DNA of 63,408 nt, filler included, from Thraustochytrium aureum (taxonomy: Eukaryota), in assembly GCA_012862495.1 (NCBI GenBank). It is 11 parts of 7 records of this genome, joined end to end, with 100 filler letters (N's around TTAATTAATTAA, not from the genome) between each part and the next. Parts side by side here need not be neighbours in the genome. Positions count along the whole stretch, not along the records: positions 21,649 to 28,354 come from BLSG01000282.1; positions 28,455 to 45,478 come from BLSG01000283.1; 9 more parts are not named here. The stretch is one strand, 5' to 3'. Positions 24,394 to 36,674 of the stretch are shown piece by piece. Below the pieces are notes generated by a model that worked only from the letters and a program-made list of their open reading frames with translations, did not search any database and had not been told where the DNA came from. The translations under genes and the position numbers were made by a program. Every line of letters begins with the position of its first letter. Position 1 is the stretch's first letter.

Positions 24394-25251
24394 TCATCTG
24401 TGCGAACGACGTGAGGAGGCGGCGGCTGGCGCGTAGAGACGATGGACATGAACCTCGCCATCGTAAGAGCAGGTGGTCAACAGGGCCGCGTCGGAGCCGT
24501 ATGCGAGCGCGCTAATCGGGCCGCGGTGGATGGCCACCGGCGCGAACGGGTCGCCCGATTCGAGGTCCCACAAATGGACGTGACCCGTCTCAGACCCGGC
24601 CACGACGATATCGTCTCGCCCCGCGAACGCGCACGGGATCCGGTTGGCCCCGTTCGTGTGGCCGTCGTACGCCTGGAGCACCTGTCCCGTCTCGCGGTCC
24701 AGCAGACACAGCCTGCCCGGCTTGAGAGAGGCCACCAGCGCAAGCTTGTTCGCGCCGTCCACCTCGACATGGGAGAGGCAGTCGCCAAGGCGGTCTTCCA
24801 CGCACTTGCCGGCACGAACGTCAAAGGTCCGCAACACGCCATCGGCAGCAGTGGCGACGACTGCGGCCCCAGCCGTCCGCACGCAGGTCACGCTGTCAGT
24901 GCATCCGTCGATCGTCTGCACGGCCCGCCATGGGCGCCTGGCCCGCAGATCGAAGCACCTGATGGCCATATCGTCAGCCCCAGTCACGATGCCCACGCCG
25001 GCCGGCCCGACCACGGCCACGGAGTTGACCTGCCCGTTGTGCGCCTCTACCTTGGCCAGGACCTCCGCGCGCTCAACGTCCCACACGATGGCAGTCCTGT
25101 CCTTGCCCCCGCTCACGATCCGCGCCTTATCCTCGCTCACCTGCACCGCGAGCAGCGCGCGGCGCGCCGGGCCTTGAAACGCGTGCACCGGCCCGTCCCG
25201 CGCCCTGCTCGCGCAGAACAACCTCACAACCGCATCCTCCCCGCACGTCAC
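24394..25251 (-). CDS. WDR83: WD40 protein, WDR83/MORG1 homolog; 5'-partial at gap
   Basis: SGGKDRTAIVWDV, AHNGQVNSV, IRCFDLRAR...VQTI...DSVT, DG.LRTFDVR.G, LLDRETGQVLQAY.GH.N, GSE.G.V.LWDL, as in MORG1. Confidence 0.8.
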   Translation of the reverse strand: MTCGEDAVVRLFCASRARDGPVHAFQGPARRALLAVQVSEDKARIVSGGKDRTAIVWDVERAEVLAKVEAHNGQVNSVAVVGPAGVGIVTGADDMAIRCFDLRARRPWRAVQTIDGCTDSVTCVRTAGAAVVATAADGVLRTFDVRAGKCVEDRLGDCLSHVEVDGANKLALVASLKPGRLCLLDRETGQVLQAYDGHTNGANRIPCAFAGRDDIVVAGSETGHVHLWDLESGDPFAPVAIHRGPISALAYGSDAALLTTCSYDGEVHVHRLYAPAAASSRRSHR

Positions 25252-26910
25252 NNNNNNNNNNNNNNNNNNNNNNNNNNNNNNNNNNNNNNNNNNNNNNNNN
25301 NNNNNNNNNNNNNNNNNNNNNNNNNNNNNNNNNNNNNNNNNNNNNNNNNNNNNNNNNNNNNNNNNNNNNNNNNNNNNNNNNNNNNNNNNNNNNNNNNNNN
25401 NNNNNNNNNNNNNNNNNNNNNNNNNNNNNNNNNNNNNNNNNNNNNNNNNNNNNNNNNNNNNNNNNNNNNNNNNNNNNNNNNNNNNNNNNNNNNNNNNNNN
25501 NNNNNNNNNNNNNNNNNNNNNNNNNNNNNNNNNNNNNNNNNNNNNNNNNNNNNNNNNNNNNNNNNNNNNNNNNNNNNNNNNNNNNNNNNNNNNNNNNNNN
25601 NNNNNNNNNNNNNNNNNNNNNNNNNNNNNNNNNNNNNNNNNNNNNNNNNNNNNNNNNNNNNNNNNNNNNNNNNNNNNNNNNNNNNNNNNNNNNNNNNNNN
25701 NNNNNNNNNNNNNNNNNNNNNNNNNNNNNNNNNNNNNNNNNNNNNNNNNNNNNNNNNNNNNNNNNNNNNNNNNNNNNNNNNNNNNNNNNNNNNNNNNNNN
25801 NNNNNNNNNNNNNNNNNNNNNNNNNNNNNNNNNNNNNNNNNNNNNNNNNNNNNNNNNNNNNNNNNNNNNNNNNNNNNNNNNNNNNNNNNNNNNNNNNNNN
25901 NNNNNNNNNNNNNNNNNNNNNNNNNNNNNNNNNNNNNNNNNNNNNNNNNNNNNNNNNNNNNNNNNNNNNNNNNNNNNNNNNNNNNNNNNNNNNNNNNNNC
26001 ACTTGTGGCAAGGTCTTGCGAGGCACGCAACACCGTCACACTTGCTCTACCGCTATGCGCGGGCTGCCGGCGTCAAGGCATCCGTGCCTGCCTGCCTGTT
26101 TCAATGGGGCCGGCTGCCTTGTGCGTCTGGCTACGGGCATGGATGGCATGGCGCGCGAGGGGATGGGATGGCACGCGAGGGGATGTGATTGAGCGACCCC
26201 GGAACGCTCATGCTGCCGGCGCCCAGCCAGCCTCAAGGCCCAGCTGCCTACCTCTCCGCGCCCGGCTACCTGGCTGTCTGGTTGCCTGACGACGAGCGTG
26301 GACGAGTGTGGACCTGCACGGGATGGGATGGAGTGGCAAGTGAATGGCGCACAGCGCCGATCCTGGATCGCTCCTGCAGCCAGCCCTCCAGGCAGCCTCC
26401 CGGTAGCCTCCACGCCCTGCAGCCTCTCCGCGCCCAGCGCCCTGCTAGCCACCCTGTCCTCCTCCCTGACACACCGCGCTCGAGGCCGCGTTGACGCCTT
26501 GACGCAGTTTTGGGGATGGACGGGTGGATGGCAGGCAGGCAGGCAGGCAGGCAGATCCTCAACGAGCTCGGGCGCCGGGGGAGCGGCCGGACGCGTGGCG
26601 GTGGCGAGCGTGCGTGCGTGGGCGTTCGCGGGCTGCTCTCTTTCGCGTCTGCGCGAGTGCCCTGCGGGACCTGGCAACTCGCACGGGCTGACGCGGGCGG
26701 CCACGGGAGGCCCTTAACTTGACGCGTCGGGGGACCACGACAGCAGAGCTCGTGTTTGCCTTCAGTTGGAAGCTCGGTTGGACGAGCGCAGAGCTCGTGC
26801 TGGCCTTGAGAAGACGCTCGGCGAAGGTGACGCTGGCGGCCTGGTTCGGCGCGCCGCGCAGGGCAGCGCACGTGGTCTGCAAGGGCCGGCCGTGGAGCAG
26901 GTGGAGACGG

Positions 26911-28185
26911 ATGCAGGCACCCGCCGCCCTCCTCCGCGCTGTGGTGGTGGATGCGGATGACGCGGGACTGGCAGTGGCGGCAGAGAAACTGCGCAGCGGC
27001 GGCAATGTTGCCTTTCCGACTGAGACCGTGTACGGGCTTGGCGGCAACGCGTTGGACGAGAACGCGGTGAACAACATATTTGTCAAGAAAGGGAGGCCGC
27101 TCAGCGACCCGCTGATCGTCCACGTGCTGACCCCAGAGGCAGCGCTGGAACTCGTGCAGGCACGCGGGGTGACCCGGCGCATCTTTGAAGCGCTGGCAGC
27201 AAAGTTCTGGCCCGGGCCGCTCACCATGGTTCTGGCCGCCAACGAGCGCGTGCCAAGCACAGTCTGCGCAGGCACGGGCTTCGTTGGCGTGCGCTGCCCT
27301 GCCCACCCTGTCGCGCAGGACCTGTTGCGACTGAGCGGCGTGCCTGTGGCGGCGCCGAGCGCGAACCGCTTCGGCCACGTCAGCCCGACCTGCGCGCAGC
27401 ACGTTGTTGACGACCTCGGGGACCAAGACATCGTCGTAGTCGACGGCGGCAGCGTGGCGGACGGCACTTGCTCTGTCGGAATCGAGTCTACGGTGCTCAA
27501 GGTCACGGACAGCGACCTGAGCTGCGACGACGAGTCAAGTCCGCGCTCGCTGGTCCTCTTCCGCAAGGGTGGGGTCTCAGAGGCGGCGATTCGCGCCGCG
27601 CTCGATGGTGCTGGCCTGGGCGATGTCAAGATAGTCAGCCCTGCTAAGCCGGTCGTGGAGCACCGCCCAAGCGCTGCCGCCGGTGCCCCGGCGTTGCAGG
27701 AGGCCGACGGCGCTAGTGACGAGGCCGAGGCCGAGGCAGAGGCCGGCCTCCAGGCGCCGGGGCAGCTTTTGACCCACTACGCGCCAGACCTGGACACGTG
27801 GCTGATTCGGGCGGACGCCGAGGGCTTGGCAGCCGCGCCAGCCGACCCGCGCGCAATCACGGTGGCTCCGGGGCAGAGCCTTTCACTTGGGGCCTGCGCC
27901 GTGATCGACTACAACGGCACGCTCGCGGCGCTGAGGCCGCTCGTGCGAGCGTACCGAGACATTTCGCCCGAGGGCAGCGCAGAGGGCGCCGCCCAGAACA
28001 TCTTTGACGCGCTGCGCTGGACAGAGTCGACGGGCGCCTCGCACGTGCTGATCCAGGACGTGTCGCATGCCGAGCACGAGCTCGCGCCGTCGGTTGCAGA
28101 TCGGATGTTCCGGGCGGCTTCTGGCAAGGTGGCCGATTCGGTCTGCCTCACAAGCGGCGTGCCCGAGGCGGCCGCCGCGCCCTGA
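26911..28185 (+). CDS. SUA5: Threonylcarbamoyl-AMP synthase (YrdC + SUA5 domains)
   Basis: VAFPTETVYGLG, KGRP.SDPLIVH, FWPGPLT, AAPSANRFG..SPT, GIEST, and linker APGQLLTHYAP. Confidence 0.95.
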   Translation: MQAPAALLRAVVVDADDAGLAVAAEKLRSGGNVAFPTETVYGLGGNALDENAVNNIFVKKGRPLSDPLIVHVLTPEAALELVQARGVTRRIFEALAAKFWPGPLTMVLAANERVPSTVCAGTGFVGVRCPAHPVAQDLLRLSGVPVAAPSANRFGHVSPTCAQHVVDDLGDQDIVVVDGGSVADGTCSVGIESTVLKVTDSDLSCDDESSPRSLVLFRKGGVSEAAIRAALDGAGLGDVKIVSPAKPVVEHRPSAAAGAPALQEADGASDEAEAEAEAGLQAPGQLLTHYAPDLDTWLIRADAEGLAAAPADPRAITVAPGQSLSLGACAVIDYNGTLAALRPLVRAYRDISPEGSAEGAAQNIFDALRWTESTGASHVLIQDVSHAEHELAPSVADRMFRAASGKVADSVCLTSGVPEAAAAP

Positions 28186-28504
28186 TCCTCGAGGGCGGGG
28201 GATCGCTAGTCGGTTCTTTAGTTAGAAGGAGAACAACAAGTGCAAGTCGAGACGCTGTACTAGTGCATAGCCTGGACCCGCGACGGCCGGGCGCGATCCG
28301 CGTGGGCGTTCGCCTTCTTCTGTTCAACAGCGAGGTCTTGATCGTGGCGCAGCGNNNNNNNNNNNNNNNNNNNNNNNNNNNNNNNNNNNNNNNNNNNNTT
28401 AATTAATTAANNNNNNNNNNNNNNNNNNNNNNNNNNNNNNNNNNNNNNNNNNNNGGCACTCTTCTCGAGCGCACGCACTCTGCTGGCCTTCAGGCTGAGC
28501 TCCT

Positions 28505-28535
<31 letters not shown>

Positions 28536-28622
28536 TGCTCGGCAAGGGCCCAGGGGCGAAGCCGAGGCTCGCGCTGAGGCGGTGTGGCGCAGCGGCGGTC
28601 TGGGTGCCGGGCCGAGCGGAGG

Positions 28623-31188
28623 ATGGCGCCCGGAGCTGCTGCGTCTGGCGCACTGGTCGGGCTCGCTGGTGTGGTCGCCGTGGCTGCGGTGCTGGGCCAA
28701 GGAGCCGTGCGCGAGGCGAGCGAGTACGCCTGGGACAGCGCTGCGCTTGATGTTGGGGCGGTAGCGGCGGTGCGCGTCATGGTGGCGGCTGTGACCTGGA
28801 TGCTGTGCGACCGGTCAGTTGTAGGCGCTCCGGCCTGCGTTGCAGGCCTTGCAGCTGCAGGAGCGGTGTTTTCCATCGTCAAGCTCGCGACGGCGCACAA
28901 CCTTGGCGGCAGATGGCGGGCGGCCGTTTGGATCGCCGTTGTCGTCGCGACTGTGGAGTGTGCCTGCTGGACGCTCGCCGCCATTGCCGCACGGCGCAAA
29001 GCCGTCTCGGGCGATCTCGATTTCGAAGACGACCAAGTCGCCAGCGCCTTGCGCAGCGCCGCAGCGTACTCTCGGCTCGACGATGCGGCGGACCAAGAGG
29101 CCGCAGATACACGTGGCAAGGGGACGAGCCTGAGGCGCGTCGTCTCGCTGGCCTGGCCGGAGCGCTTCATCCTTGCGGTGGCTATCGTCTGCCTCGCCGT
29201 GCCACGGCATCAGCAACTGACTGTGCCCATGTTGTTTGGGAAGATCATCAACAACCTCGGTGCGAGCGAGCGGCCTGCAGAGGACCGCGAGCGAGAGCTA
29301 AACGAGACAATCGTGGAGCTCGTGATCTTGTTCACGATCTCGTCCGTATTTGTCTTGTTCCGCGGCTCGCTGTTCAACATCGCGGGCGAGCGCGTGGTGA
29401 AGCGGCTCCGCATAGCTGTGTTCAAGTCGGTCTTGCTTCAAGACATTGCCTTTTTCGACGCGTCCTCGGCCGGCGAGCTCCAGTCGAGGCTCTCGAACGA
29501 CACGGCCAAGTTGCAAGATGCCTGCACGAGCAACGTGAGCATGGGGCTGCGCTTCGTCGCGCAGCTCATAGTCGGCCAGGCCATCTTGCTCGTCCTGAGC
29601 TGGCGCCTGACCCTCATCATGCTCGTCGTCGTGCCTGTGCTCGCCATCGGGGCGCAGGCGATGGGCAAGTTTATCAAGAGACTGTCTGCACAATATCAGG
29701 ACGCGCTCGGCAAGGCTGGCGAGGTGGCAAGCCAGGCGTTCGGGGGCATCCGCACGGTGCGGTCCTTTTCCAAGGAGATGCACGAGATTGACCGCTACGC
29801 AGCCAAGGTGGACGAGTCGTACCGCCTCGGGGTCGAATGGCGTGGGCTACGGGCAGATCATGGGCGGCCTCGGCCTCGGCGCCTACCTGGCCATCTCTCT
29901 GGTGCTCTGGTACGGCGGCAGGGAGGTGATTAAGGGCTCGCTCGACGCACAGACGCTCACCGCGTACCTGCTGTACACCATCTACATCGCCGCGGCGTTG
30001 GGCGGCCTCAGCGCCCTGTACAGCCAGCTCATGTCTGCGGTCGGCGCCAGCGAGCGCCTGTTCGAGCTCATCGACAGGGTGCCGCACGTCCGAACGGACT
30101 GCTACACGCAGCGCGACGCCGAGCAGGACGCCGTCCTTTCCAGCGCGCCGACCAGCGACTCGAACAACGCAAGTGGGGCCTCGCCTACGCCGGACGGGGA
30201 TGGCCCGCTCGTCGAGTTTGACAGCGTCGAGTTTGCGTATCCGACTCGTCCAGAGGCCAAGGTCCTGCAAAAGGTCTCGTTCCGATGCGAGGGTGGCAAG
30301 ACCACGGCCTTCGTGGGCCCCTCCGGCTCGGGCAAGAGCACGATATTCAACCTCCTGATGGGATTCTACGAGCCAGAACCGTCAGGCGGCAAGATTTCGC
30401 TCGAGGGCCGTGAGATCCGTGGCATGAACACTGTCCAGCTCCATCGCCTCGTCGGTGCGTGATGCAGACGCCAACGCTGTTCTCCGTCTCGATTCGGGAC
30501 NNNNNNNNNNNNNNNNNNNNNNNNNNNNNNNNNNNNNNNNNNNNNNNNNNNNNNNNNNNNNNNNNNNNNNNNNNNNNNNNNNNNNNNNNNNNNNNNNNNN
30601 NNNNNNNNNNNNNNNNNNNNNNNNNNNNNNNNNNNNNNNNNNNNNNNNNNNNNNNNNNNNNNNNNNNNNNNNNNNNNNNNNNNNNNNNNNNNNNNNNNNN
30701 NNNNNNNNNNNNNNNNNNNNNNNNNNNNNNNNNNNNNNNNNNNNNNNNNNNNNNNNNNNNNNNNNNNNNNNNNNNNNNNNNNNNNNNNNNNNNNNNNNNN
30801 NNNNNNNNNNNNNNNNNNNNNNNNCTTTGTCGATGCTCTCCCGGACAAGTTCGACACGCTTGTCGGCGAGGGCGGCGTGCAGCTCTCTGGCGGCCAGCGC
30901 CAGCGCGTGGCGATCGCCAGAGCGCTCCTCGCCAACCCCAAAGTGCTCTTGCTCGATGAGGCCACGAGCGCGCTGGACGGCGAGAGCCAGGCCCTGGTGC
31001 AGGAGGCCTTGGACCGCGTCATGGTCGGCAAGACGACGCTTGTCATCGCGCACCGCCTCTCAACGGTGCGCAGCGCGAGCAACATCATCGTCGTCGACAA
31101 GGGCGTGGTCCACGAGCAAGGCACTCACGACGAGCTTGTCGCGCAGGGCGGCCTGTATGCGCAGCTCGCCTCGCGCGAGCTGAGCTAG
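28623..31188 (+). CDS. ABC transporter subfamily B half-transporter (ABCB10/TAP-like); frameshifts near 29838 and 30458, gap 30501-30824
   Basis: TMD with [37 protein letters not shown] with [48 protein letters not shown]. Confidence 0.95.
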
Positions 31189-31490
31189 CGACCTAGAGCG
31201 CGCCGCCGGAGGCTCCCTCCGCTCTTCTTCACTGGGCGTGTTGCCTGTGATTCCCATCTGAACGCGCGCCCGAGCTCCTTCGCGTTCGCGCTCACGTTCT
31301 TGACCAAAATACAAGGAAAAGCAGCGCATGGAGTTTGAGCGAAGAGTACTCGTTTTCTGCGACGAAAGTCATGCCGATCACTGCTGCCCTCCATGGCAGG
31401 CAGGGCTTGCGTGCCTGGCAGACCATCGCCGCTTGCCCGTTGTCCCCGAGTTGGCGCTGGAGAGTAGAGTGAGTACGTGCAGCAGTAAGA

Positions 31491-31772
31491 GTGCCGTGGC
31501 TCGACGATCGATCGATCGATCGATCGATTGTCACCAACTTTGAACTTTGTGGTGGCGATCGAGTTGACGCAAACCCCGAGGCTTCGTGGGATCGATCGAT
31601 CGATTGATTGATTGATCGATCGATCGATTGATGGATGGATGGATTGATGGATTGACGCAAGCTCCGTGGCTTCGTGCGATCGATCGATCGATCGAGTTGA
31701 CTCCAACTCCGTGGCTCCGTGGCCCCGTGGCTCCGCGCGATCGATCGATCGATCGATTGATTGATCGATCGG
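31491..31772. repeat. Composite GATC/GATT/GATG microsatellite interspersed with ~30-bp related units
   Basis: (GATC)n tracts separated by TTGACGCAA.C.CCG.GGCTTCGTG-like units near 31564, 31652 and 31697. Confidence 0.8.
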
Positions 31773-32837
31773 CACCAACCCCGTTCGATCAAAATCCATC
31801 CTTACGAAAAGATTCTCTCTCTCTCGCGCTACTTCCTTCGACCGCGTCTCTTGAAAAAGTGAGCAAGTCCCAAGTGCGGCACCTTCTCTCTGCACGCTCT
31901 CTCTCTNNNNNNNNNNNNNNNNNNNNNNNNNNNNNNNNNNNNNNNNNNNNNNNNNNNNNNNNNNNNNNNNNNNNNNNNNNNNNNNNNNNNNNNNNNNNNN
32001 NNNNNNNNNNNNNNNNNNNNNNNNNNNNNNNNNNNNNNNNNNNNNNNNNNNNNNNNNNNNNNNNNNNNNNNNNNNNNNNNNNNNNNNNNNNNNNNNNNNN
32101 NNNNNNNNNNNNNNNNNNNNNNNNNNNNNNNNNNNNNNNNNNNNNNNNNNNNNNNNNNNNNNNNNNNNNNNNNNNNNNNNNNNNNNNNNNNNNNNNNNNN
32201 NNNNNNNNNNNNNNNNNNNNNNNNNNNNNNNNNNNNNNNNNNNNNNNNNNNNNNNNNNNNNNNNNNNNNNNNNNNNNNNNNNNNNNNNNNNNNNNNNNNN
32301 NNNNNNNNNNNNNNNNNNNNNNNNNNNNNNNNNNNNNNNNNNNNNNNNNNNNNNNNNNNNNNNNNNNNNNNNNNNNNNNNNNNNNNNNNNNNNNNNNNNN
32401 NNNNNNNNNNNNNNNNNNNNNNNNNNNNNNNNNNNNNNNNNNNNNNNNNNNNNNNNNNNNNNNNNNNNNNNNNNNNNNNNNNNNNNNNNNNNNNNNNNNN
32501 NNNNNNNNNNNNNNNNNNNNNNNNNNNNNNNNNNNNNNNNNNNNNNNNNNNNNNNNNNNNNNNNNNNNNNNNNNNCCAGGCCAGCCGGGACGCAGGGCGA
32601 GGCGGCCCGCGGCCCGGCTGAGCGCTGCGTTCTGGCCTCAGTTGGCAACCAGCAAAGGCGCGGCGCCGCAGCGCATGGTGGAGACATGGATCCCACTGCG
32701 CCCAAGCCGGCGCGAAAGCCGACGCAAGCGCGCCCTCAGGCCTGTCCGCGTTTTCGCCAACCGAGGCGGCCCACGATGCCAAGGACCCAGAACAAGCCGG
32801 GGCACGCGAGCGCCCTGTCATTCTTGCTACAAGCAAA

Positions 32838-35763
32838 TTGACCGAGTTGTACAGCCGCAGCTGCGACGAGTTCCGGTTCGCCAAGAGCCTCAAGCCGGTT
32901 CGCGCGCTGACGAAAGACAGCAAGCCGGCGCGCAACGGAGGCCACGACAACGCCGAGCGCGACCTCATCCTCCTCGCCGGCGACTCGCTGGTGCGGCGCG
33001 ATGACGCAACCGGCGAGGAGGTCGCCTACCGCGTCGAGGAGCTCGTCGGACAGGGCTCGTTTGGCCAGGTCGTAAAGTGCCGACAGGTCGGGGGGGCGAG
33101 CGCGGACGTCGTGCCGCGGTCCGTGGCCATCAAGGTCGTTAAAAACAAGCCAGCCTACTACAATCAAGCCCTCGTCGAGACCCGCATCTTGCGCCTCCTC
33201 AACTCTGAGGAGCAGGAGCAGATGGAGGCGCACGAGGGCGGGCCCTCCGGCGCGCGCCGCCGGATTGTGGAGCTACTGGAAACATTCGAGTTCAGGAACC
33301 ACCTCTGTCTCGTGTTTGAGCTCCTTTCCATCAACTTGTACGAGCTCATCAAGCAAAACAAGTTCCGCGGCCTGCCGCTGCCATTCGTGCGCTCGTGCGT
33401 CGCGCAGATCGCCGACGCGCTGCGGGTCCTCGCCGACCTTGACATTGTGCACTGCGACCTCAAACCAGAAAACGTGCTGCTGTATTCGCATGGATCAACG
33501 CGCGTACAGCTCATTGATTTTGGTTCTTCATGCTTCCGCGGGCAGACCGTGTATACATACATTCAATCGCGTTTCTACCGCGCTCCAGAGGTGATTGTGG
33601 GGCTCCCGTACGGGAGCGCAATCGACCTCTGGTCTCTCGGCTGCCTCGCCGTGGAGCTCTACATCGGCCTTCCAGTCTTTCCTGGTGTCTCGGAGCACAA
33701 TCAGCTCGCGCGAATAACCGAGATGCTCGGCCCGGTGCCGCCGACTATGCTACGAAAGGCTCGCGAGACCGCGCGGTTCTTCGTATGCAATTCTAGCGGA
33801 GCCGTGCGGCTAAAGACTGCGGCCGAGTGGGCCCTGGATAGGGGCCTCGAGGCCGAAGAGGTGACGAAACGTTACGTCAAGGCCATTTTCCTTGAAGATA
33901 TGATAATGAACGGCTGCAACCGGGACGATCTCGATGACAGCCGAGCAGCGCGCGGAGCGCTGCTCGATCTGCTAGGGGGCCTGCTCCAGATCGACCCTCG
34001 CTTGCGCTGGACCGCGCGCCAGATTGAGGGCCACCCGTTCCTCCGCGGCCGGGTGCTCCTCGAGCCATACTGTCCGCCACCAGACCTGCTCGGCGCCGCA
34101 GGTATCGACGACGGCGTGGCCGCGTCCTCCTCCATGGGGTCTCGCACGCAGAGTGGGAGCTCCGAGCAAGGACAATTTTCCGCTCGGCTCGCTGCAAGTC
34201 ACCAGCGGTTGCCTGCAGGGCCGTCCGTGAAAACTGGGGCGGCGTCATTGCCGGTTGGTGCTCTGGGAGGGCACTTTGACGTCACCGCAGCGGTGTCGGC
34301 GCCCTCAACGCTGCACCAGGGACCCGGAGCGCTCCCGCCTGCTGCGCTTGCGGACGCGGGCTCATTTGGCCGTGGAGTCCCTATGAACTCCCTTCAGGCG
34401 CACGCTCAACTGCAATCCGAGGTGGAGGCGCACGCGCACGTACACGCTCAAATGCAGGCGCACGTGCAGGCGCAAGCGTTCGCCCATGCGGCAGCGCAGG
34501 CGCAGGCGCAGGCGCAGCACATCCAAGCGCAGATTCAGCATGGTCAGGCCCAAGCCGCTCAGGCAGAGGCATATGCCCTTGCACAAGCCCAGGCGCAGGC
34601 GCACGCCCATTCGCAAGGTCAGTTGCCGTTTCCAGGGTGGGCCACATTGCGCATCGACGCAAGCCTGCCCCCGGTGATGGGCCATGGAAGCGGACCAGAT
34701 AGCGCCAAGCTGTCGCCGCTTTCGCCCCCGCAGCGCCCGCTGCCGCCGCACCCGCTCGCCCACCAAGCTTCCTGGGAAGCCGCAAGCATGGTGGACATGC
34801 GATTCGTCAACCCGGTCGGCATGAGGCTGTACTCAGGATGGGCTGGGTCGCCGCAGTACCACGCCCTGCAAAACGCGTCCTGCCCGCCGAACATTGGGGG
34901 CTTTGCGAACGCCGGCTGGCCTCACGCCGGAGCCATTCCGCAAGGGCTTTTCAGCCCCGCCGCTGTGGCCGCGCCTCACATGCACAGCTCCAGCTACGCT
35001 CCTCAAATTCCTGCCCCNNNNNNNNNNNNNNNNNNNNNNNNNNNNNNNNNNNNNNNNNNNNNNNNNNNNNNNNNNNNNNNNNNNNNNNNNNNNNNNNNNN
35101 NNNNNNNNNNNNNNNNNNNNNNNNNNNNNNNNNNNNNNNNNNNNNNNNNNNNNNNNNNNNNNNNNNNNNNNNNNNNNNNNNNNNNNNNNNNNNNNNNNNN
35201 NNNNNNNNNNNNNNNNNNNNNNNNNNNNNNNNNNNNNNNNNNNNNNNNNNNNNNNNNNNNNNNNNNNNNNNNNNNNNNNNNNNNNNNNNNNNNNNNNNNN
35301 NNNNNNNNNNNNNNNNNNNNNNNCGCGTTGCTGGCGTGCCCCAGGGGTCCTTTTCGACTCGCCAAGAAGCGAGCCTGGGCAGGGGCAGGCAACCGCCCTG
35401 CAACCCCACGCGGGCTGGGTTGGGTACGAGTCGCCCATGGGCTTGGTGCCCGGCCTTGTCGGCGCGATGCAGCCGCCGTGGAAGCTTGCCAACCAGCAAG
35501 AAGGCTTGGCAGCAATGCCCGCCAGCTTGGCTAGCAGAACCTCGCACCCCGGCCAAGCGGGCTGGGGCGCCGAGCTTTCGGCCTCAGAGTTGCAGGAGCA
35601 GCGGACTCCGAAGGCGCATGGCGGCACACCAGAGTGGCTGCGCCGCACGGCGCCGAGCATCGAGGAGACCAAGCGAGCGAGCTTCAACTCTGTCTCTGAG
35701 GACGACGAGGCGACGCTGTTCAAGCTCAGCCCAGACCACTTGCGTCCGCGGCCCGCGACCTAG
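32838..35763 (+). CDS. YAK1: Yak1-type DYRK/HIPK-family kinase with Gln/Ala-rich tail (start uncertain; gap 35018-35323)
   Basis: N.G.DN...DLIL box, GQGSFGQVVKC, VAIKVVKNKPAYYNQA, HCDLKPEN, IDFGSSC, activation loop YTYIQSRFYRAPE. The frame changes across the gap to a stop at 35763. Confidence 0.9.
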
Positions 35764-36036
35764 CTCACTCTGTGCGGCTTGTTGGTCGCCGCGCTGGGCA
35801 GCGTCTTTGCAAGCCGGCGTGGAGTTTGGCGCAACGCGCGGTTGGTCGCGTGCGAGATTTGGTTCCATGATAATCAGCAAGCACCGTTTTTTTGGGCCGC
35901 GCTCGGTGTACCAAGCAGCCGCCCTTGCCACGCAGGGCTCGCTTGCCGTCCTCAGCGCAGCCCTCCCCTAATCAACAACTGGAACGCCCCCCCAGCAAGC
36001 GCCGAGCCAAAGCCACTGCCCGGGGCCGCGGCGGGT

Positions 36037-36674
36037 TCACTCGGGTCCCGCGTTTGCCAAGAACGCTCCATGCAACCTCATTCGAACCGAGCCGAGCCGC
36101 GTCTGGACGTCCAGCAACTTCGAGTTGACGCTCAGCAGTCGCGCCCGCGTCTCCCGCAGCTTTCGCGCGCTCTCGTCGAGTACAGGCACGAGCGGCTGGT
36201 CCGCACCATTTGCGAAGGCGTCAAGCGCGCGGTCCAGCTCGCGGATTCTGGCCAGCAGCGCGTCCTGTCCCGCCGCCACTGCGTACGCCTGTTTATCTGC
36301 AGCCAGCACCAGCGGCGCAAGCCCACCGACGACCCCATTCACAAACTCCTGCTCAAGTTCTCGCGCCCGTTGCGCTTCGCGGACCGTCACCGCGTCAGCC
36401 TCGCGTTGGCTCGCCGCCACGGCCGCCCCAACAGCCACCTCGCCGTCGCCAGCTTCCCGGTCGATCGCCGCTGCATCGAACAGCACCTCCTCGTCCTCGC
36501 CGTCGTCAACATCCTCCTCAGCTGCCGCCTGGTCTCCTGCAGCGCCGACCTCGGCACGGTGGTGCTGGTCGACGCGTCGTCGTCGCCGCGGCGCATCGAG
36601 GCCGCGTCCCGGTCCTCCAGGCCAGACTCTCCTGCCCCGAGCGGCGCATCAGACTCCGCGCCGGTGCGCTCCAT
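36037..36674 (-). CDS. Snapin-like BLOC-1/BORC subunit with acidic N-terminal extension (frameshift near 36515)
   Basis: G...L.P......AV..GQ..L...I..L...L...KL..TR.RL..VN..L..VQ.RL matches the Snapin/Pallidin coiled-coil pattern. Confidence 0.65.

Noticed and set aside
31491..31772. CRISPR-like repeat/spacer layout
   Set aside because: Spacers are microsatellites, units are degenerate, the context is eukaryotic and there are no cas genes.
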